DNA of 64,000 nucleotides from NCBI GenBank assembly GCA_900617105.1, contig UYFQ01000349.1:1-64000 (forward strand), written 5' to 3'. The translations under genes were made by a program, and so were the position numbers. Position 1 is the stretch's first letter; each line of letters begins with the position of its first letter. Below, one piece after another: positions 58,501 through 64,000 of the stretch. Source of the stretch: Hydrurus foetidus (taxonomy: Eukaryota). The notes beneath the pieces were generated by a model that was not told the DNA's origin, searched no databases, and worked only from the letters and a program-made list of their open reading frames with translations.

Positions 58501-61500
58501 GTGTGTATGTGTGTGTGCGGGATAGGATAGAATAGGATAGGATAGGATGAGATAGGATAGGATAGGATAGGATAGGATAGGATAGGATAGGATGGGATGG
58601 GATGGGATGGGATGGGATGGGATGGGATGGGATAGGATGGGATAGGATGGGATGGGATGGGATGGGATGGGATGGGATAGGATGGGATGGGATAGGATGG
58701 GATGGGATAGGATGGGATGGGATAGGATAGGATGGGATAGGATAGAATGGGATAGGGGATAGGATGGATGGATAGGATAGGATAGAATAGAATAGATAGA
58801 ATAGGATAGGATAGAATAGGATAGAATAGAGATAGATAGGATAGAATAGAGATAGAATAGATAGAATAGAGATAGGATAGTCGAGATAGGATAGAATAGA
58901 ATAGATAGAACGGATAGATAGAAACAGAGATAGGATAGATAGATCGAATAGGATAGGACGAGATGATAAGATAGGATGGGATGTCGAGATAGGATAGATA
59001 TAGGAATAGAATGTAGAATGGAATAAGATAGAATAGAATAGAATAGAACAGAATAGAATAAAATAGATAGAGATAGGATAGGATAGGATAGAATAAAATA
59101 GAATAGGATAGAATGAATATAGAATAGGATAGATAGAATATGATAGGATAGAATAGGATAGAATAGAATAGAATGGATAGGAATGGATAGAATAGAGATG
59201 AGATAGATAGAATGGATAGAATAGAATAGATGGATAGGATAGAATAGGATAGAATAGAATAAGAATGGAATGGATAGAATAGGATAGAATAGAATAGGAT
59301 AGGATAGGATAGGATAGAATAGAATAGAATAGAATAGAATAGAATAGAATAGAATAGAATAGAATAGAATAGAATAGAATAGAATAGAATAGAATAGAAT
59401 AGAATAGAATAGAATAGAATAGAATAGAATAGAATAGAATAGAATGAATAGAATAGAATGGGAATAGAATAGAATAGAATAGAATGGGAATAGAATAGAA
59501 TAGGAATGGGAATGGAATAGAATGGGAATGGAATAGAATGGAATGGGATGGAATGGAATGGAAATGGAATGGGAATGGAAGGATAGAATAGGATGGGATG
59601 GATGGAATGGATGGGATAGGATGGAATGGAATGGAAATAGGATGGATGGAATAGAATAGGATAGAATGGATAGGATAAGATGGAATGGAATAGGATGAAA
59701 TGGATGGAATAGACAGGAATAGGATAGAATGGGATGGATAGGATGGAATAGAATAGATAGGATAGAAGGATAGGATAGGATAGAATAGGATAGGATAGGA
59801 TAGGATAGAATAGAATAGGATAGAATAGAATAGGATAGGATAGAATAGGATAGAATAGAATAGAATAGAATAGAATAGAATAGAATAGAATAGAATAGAA
59901 TAGAATAGAATAGAATAGAATAGAATAGAATAGAATAGAATAGAATAGAATAGAATAGAATAGAATAGAATAGAATAGAATAGAATAGAATAGAATAGAA
60001 TAGAATAGAATAGAATAGAATAGAATAGAATAGAATAGAATAGAATAGAATAGAATAGAATAGAATAGAATAGAATAGAATAGAATAGAATAGAATAGAA
60101 TAGAATAGAATAGAATAGAATAGAATAGAATAGAATAGAATAGAATAGAATAGAATAGAATAGAATAGAATAGAATAGAATAGAATAGAATAGAATAGAA
60201 TAGAATAGAATAGAATAGAATAGAATAGAATAGAATAGAATAGAATAGAATAGAATAGAATAGAATAGAATTGGATAGAATTGGATAGAATTGGATAGAA
60301 TTGGATAGAATTGGATAGAATTGGATAGAATTGGATAGAATTGGATAGAATTGGATAGAATTGGATAGAATTGGATAGAATTGGATAGAATTGGATAGAA
60401 TTGGATAGAATTGGATTGGATTGGATTGGATTGGATTGGATTGGATTGGATTGGATTGGATTGGATTGGATTGGATTGGATGGTTTGGTTTCAAAGAGGG
60501 CCGTATGACTAGACGTCACCCACATTCCTCCTAAATAATTTTGTCGCAATGGTTTGCTGCACTTTCAATTCCCGATCTGTGAATAACTTCTTTTTTTCTA
60601 TTATCTCCATCGTCATGTTACGTTGATCTCTTCTACAGTCCCAACATCAACTCCCAGTTTTCACAACTGCATCAATCCTGCCTTACTTCCTCCTCATGTG
60701 ATCACTACCACACAGACGGCTGCAGCACGTACCGTACAGTACAGTGTTCGTACGTGACCCGTATACACGCACTCGAAAAGAATTCCGGTCCTCATGGAAA
60801 TCTTTCGGATCGAGGGTCCTCACTCTCCGCACTGGGAACGATCTGCACGTACGTACTTATAATGAACCGTATGTATCCGTACTTATTTCTATAATATTCT
60901 TTCAGATTATCTGTGCATGAAAGTAGCCTGCGTGTGCTAGCAGACGTACGCACATGTGTATGAGAATCGTCATCATAGATGTATATGATGCAAACTGCAA
61001 TATTAACCAACGAATGTTCGAAAGTTTGCTTGACTGTGTGCCTTCAAATTTTGGGAAGTGAATATTACCTCTACACTGACAATCATAACGCAGTTGATGT
61101 GTCCTAAATTTTGTGCAATACTTTGGATAATATGCAGGTATCTCGTCCCTTTGATAAGTACGTGTGTGTGGCGGAAGTGTTCTTCGACCCCGCGACCTCC
61201 AACTATCTGCTGAGCGTGGGAACGGTATCGACAACACGTTGATCATCTTTACTGAATAATTTGTTTTGTTTTGTTTTGTTTTGTTTTGTTTTGTTTTGTT
61301 TTGTTTTGTTTTGTTTTGTTTTGTTTTGTTTTGTTTTGTTTTGTTTTATTGGTTTAATCAGCGCTAGCAGAAATTGCTCAATCGAAATTATTTTACTCTT
61401 TAACTAACTCTGGCTGTTTCACAACATTGCACACGCACCTTTATCCTTAATGACGATATGTACACTTGTCTTCACTGCATGCTCAACTGAACTACGTCTT

Positions 61501-63867
61501 CCTCTAACAGTATCTCCTCACCAGATCCCTATTTTTAGTGCTACATTCCACTCACTCAAAACTCGATACACTTATTGGACATTAAAATGCTCATCATTTT
61601 CATCCCCATAGGGAGAAAGGGTTCTCGAAGAAGCAGTGCAACACACGGACATTGGACATCCGTACGAACATTTTTCAAACGTCATTCCTTCTTGTACGTA
61701 CGAGTTATTGGTCGCAAAAGAAGATGCAGATTTTCTTTTTTCTCGTTCTTTTTTATGGCCATATTCTGAAGGAAAGAAAAGGATCTTGGACCCTAATCTG
61801 GAATCTAATTGTATTGTTCCTCTGAGTGTAGTAAAAAAGAAAAACAAGAAAAATAATAGAAATAATGAGAATAATGAAAATGAAAATGAAAAAAGATGTT
61901 TCAATGATTTTGATGATAATAACAATAAAAACGATAAGTATGATTTTGAAGATGGCGATATTAGACGCATAGAGTTGCTGGAAGGTGTGACTGATGAACT
62001 ACACTCTGTAATGTCTGAGCCCATATCGTCTTTTTTTTGCATTATTTGCCAGTCAATGCTATGCAATGGTATGGTATATTTCCCCACGCTGTATTGTGTG
62101 GATATGCTATGCTATGCTATGCTATCCTATGCTGTGCTATGCTATGCTATCTGGTAGTCTTCTTGCTTCGTGTCCTCATCACTAATTCTTTTTTACCTCT
62201 CCTCTTTCTGTTCTTTTTCCCTCTCCTTGCCCGTTCTCTCATCTCCCTTTCTCCTCACTTCTTTCCTCATCATCAAAGTGGCTTATTCTTCTTTTTTTTA
62301 TTTCTCGTTTCTCTCACAACTCAACTATTTCCTCACTCTTTCTTTGATTCAACACTTTACCACACGATTGCAGAGAAATCTCCCCGCTCAAAATCACCGA
62401 AACCAGCCAGTTTCCGTAAATTGCTCCTTCCCGAATTATCTTTCAATCCGGAATATGATATGACTACCGGTCTACCGAAACTAAATACCAAATGTGGCGT
62501 ACGTTCGCTCTACAACTGTACAGATAAAATCGACAATGAGGCAGTTACACCGAAATCGATTATTACAGATCGAATAAATGATGATATGACGCCACGCGAA
62601 ATAAAAAAAACAAAGCAGAATTCACCGAAATCACGTAAAATCGGTGCGGATATAAATATGAGTGATTGCACGACACCTAAGAAAGGAATATTTTTATTCT
62701 CGAATAGTTCAAAATCTTCCTTGATCGATTCTCTCGATTCCTTCGACAGTATTGATAATAAAAATAGAAAAAAAGCGGCGAAAAAAGAATTTATTCATAG
62801 TCCTGATTTCGATCTACATGATGATACATTATTAAATAACGAAAATAACGATATCGACCTAATGGATAATTCCATCGAAAAAGAGATAACAATAAAAGAT
62901 AAATTTATGGAGACATATCAGTCAAGAAAAAAGAAAATAGAATTAAATGAGAAAAATAGGTCTATTTTGTTGTTTTCTTATTTACGCTTACATCCTATTT
63001 CTGCCAGACCTTGTTTGGGTTTGTTGCATTTTTACAGGAGGCAAAATCATTTATTTAATATTTTGTCGAGATCTGCTTGGCATGAAGACTCATTATTGGT
63101 AAGTGCTGTATTCTAATTTGTTTTATTTTTTAGATTATTCTGAATAGTTTTATAAAATTTATTTTATTTCCATTATTTGTTTTGATTTATTATCATTATT
63201 TGAGATCGATTCTGATATTATTATTGTACTCTTTTCTGCTGTTTTCTAAAGTCTGCTTAATTTTTTAAATTGCATTGTAGAGTAGATGTGCTCCTCAATA
63301 TACTGAAACTTTTTATTATCGCCTACTATACTCTATTTCACACAGATTTTTCCCAATCATTTCGCAGATTCTTTCTTCTCTAATCTAATAATTACAATTA
63401 TCAAATAAATACACAGACTTAAGTACGTGACATTCAACGAACATTTAAAAAAATAAATTTAATCTGCACTTTTTTTTCGCAGGGAGACCCTCAAAGAAGT
63501 TTGGTAATTGAAAATAAGAAATTATCAAAAATATCAAAAAACATCACAAATACAGAAATTAGATGCACATTAAGAAATTTTGATGTGAAAATAACGTTTT
63601 TAAATCTTACAATTGTAGAATTAAAAATACCAGTGAATGAAATACTAATTAGTTTGACTTCTAAACCATTATTATTTGCCGCATTTTTATACGATATTAT
63701 TACAAATACTTTTTCTTCTGATATAATAAAACACATTTTAAGTAGAATAGATTATATTTTACCTGGAGAATATTCACCCTCTTTATCCGACAATTTGAAA
63801 GAAAATATTTGTACAGACAATTCAAAAATTGAAAAAAAGTTCTGGAGAAAATCTTTTTACAATGAGG
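46569..63867 (+). CDS. Large intron-rich uncharacterised gene (or genes); IQ-like motif; probably continues beyond the window
   Basis: Chain of + strand exon-like ORFs mostly bounded by AG/GT (46569-47045, 47580-48275, 48977-49390, 49863-50248, 50655-51824, 51946-52212, 52722-52990, 53089-53281, 55903-56663, 57344-57587, 57823-58054, 61636-62070, 62374-63099, 63483-63867). IQIAWRNGLFR is IQ-like. Gene boundaries are not resolved. Confidence 0.5.
53298..53415 (+). repeat. (GTGCA)n intronic pentanucleotide satellite
   Basis: Starts ~16 nt after the GT donor at 53282. Confidence 0.95.
54240..54870 (+). repeat. ~630-bp polypyrimidine (CCTTT/CCTT/CCT) low-complexity tract
   Basis: Almost exclusively C/T on the + strand. 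Confidence 0.95.
55010..55585 (+). repeat. (TATGA)n satellite interspersed with TACTG/TATAC units
   Basis: Direct reading; follows the GT donor near 54980. Confidence 0.95.
58519..60480 (+). repeat. ~2-kb compound pentanucleotide satellite (GGATA, GGATG, GAATA, GAATG, GAATTGGATA, GGATT)
   Basis: Pure blocks: (TAGAA) 59851-60270, (TTGGATAGAA)14 60271-60410, (TTGGA)14 60411-60480. Confidence 0.97.
61259..61347 (+). repeat. (TTTTG)n pentanucleotide satellite
   Basis: Direct reading. Confidence 0.95.
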
Positions 63868-64000
63868 TAAACATTTTTTTAAATATAGCATTTTCTTATT
63901 TTATTCTCATTTATAATGTTAGAATTTTTACTGATATCAATTGTATTGGTGATTCAAAATAAAAGATAAATGAAAGAAAATCCTATTATTGTGTCACAGC

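Noticed and set aside
58195..60549. 784-aa and 700-aa minus-strand ORFs (ILFYS/ILSYP repeats)
   Set aside because: Translation artefacts of pentanucleotide satellites.

Overview
Eukaryotic nuclear DNA with spliceosomal introns. The gene content and the diatom-type (CoDi-like) copia element suggest a stramenopile alga or protist (inference). The window starts with a full-length, very recent Ty1/copia LTR retrotransposon at 1454-7830, with identical 365-bp LTRs, a CCCCC target-site duplication and intact gag and pol. Its most unusual property is the lack of a tRNA-type primer-binding site. The 10 nt abutting the 5' LTR (TAATTAACGA) are instead the exact complement of a sequence inside the LTR (TCGTTAATTA, 1671-1680), the geometry of Tf1-type self-priming. 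Gag and pol overlap in the -1 frame at a G_GTA_AAC heptamer just before the gag stop. A compact block of host genes follows: DOT1-like methyltransferase with an inserted winged-helix/LOTUS-like segment, F-box/DUF3506 protein, METTL21-like methyltransferase, TBC+rhodanese protein, VDAC, PP2C (with a GC-AG intron), LRR protein, GST/PGES2, SET/Rubisco-LSMT-like protein and DNA polymerase alpha subunit B. Other features are a 229-bp MITE, a 160-bp palindrome, a tRNA-Val(TAC) gene within a 394-bp near-perfect inverted duplication, a PDZ-like protein and an ARID protein with Q44. The window ends in a long intron-rich unknown gene whose introns carry large pentanucleotide satellites. All calls are by eye from the sequence and ORF track; no searches were run.
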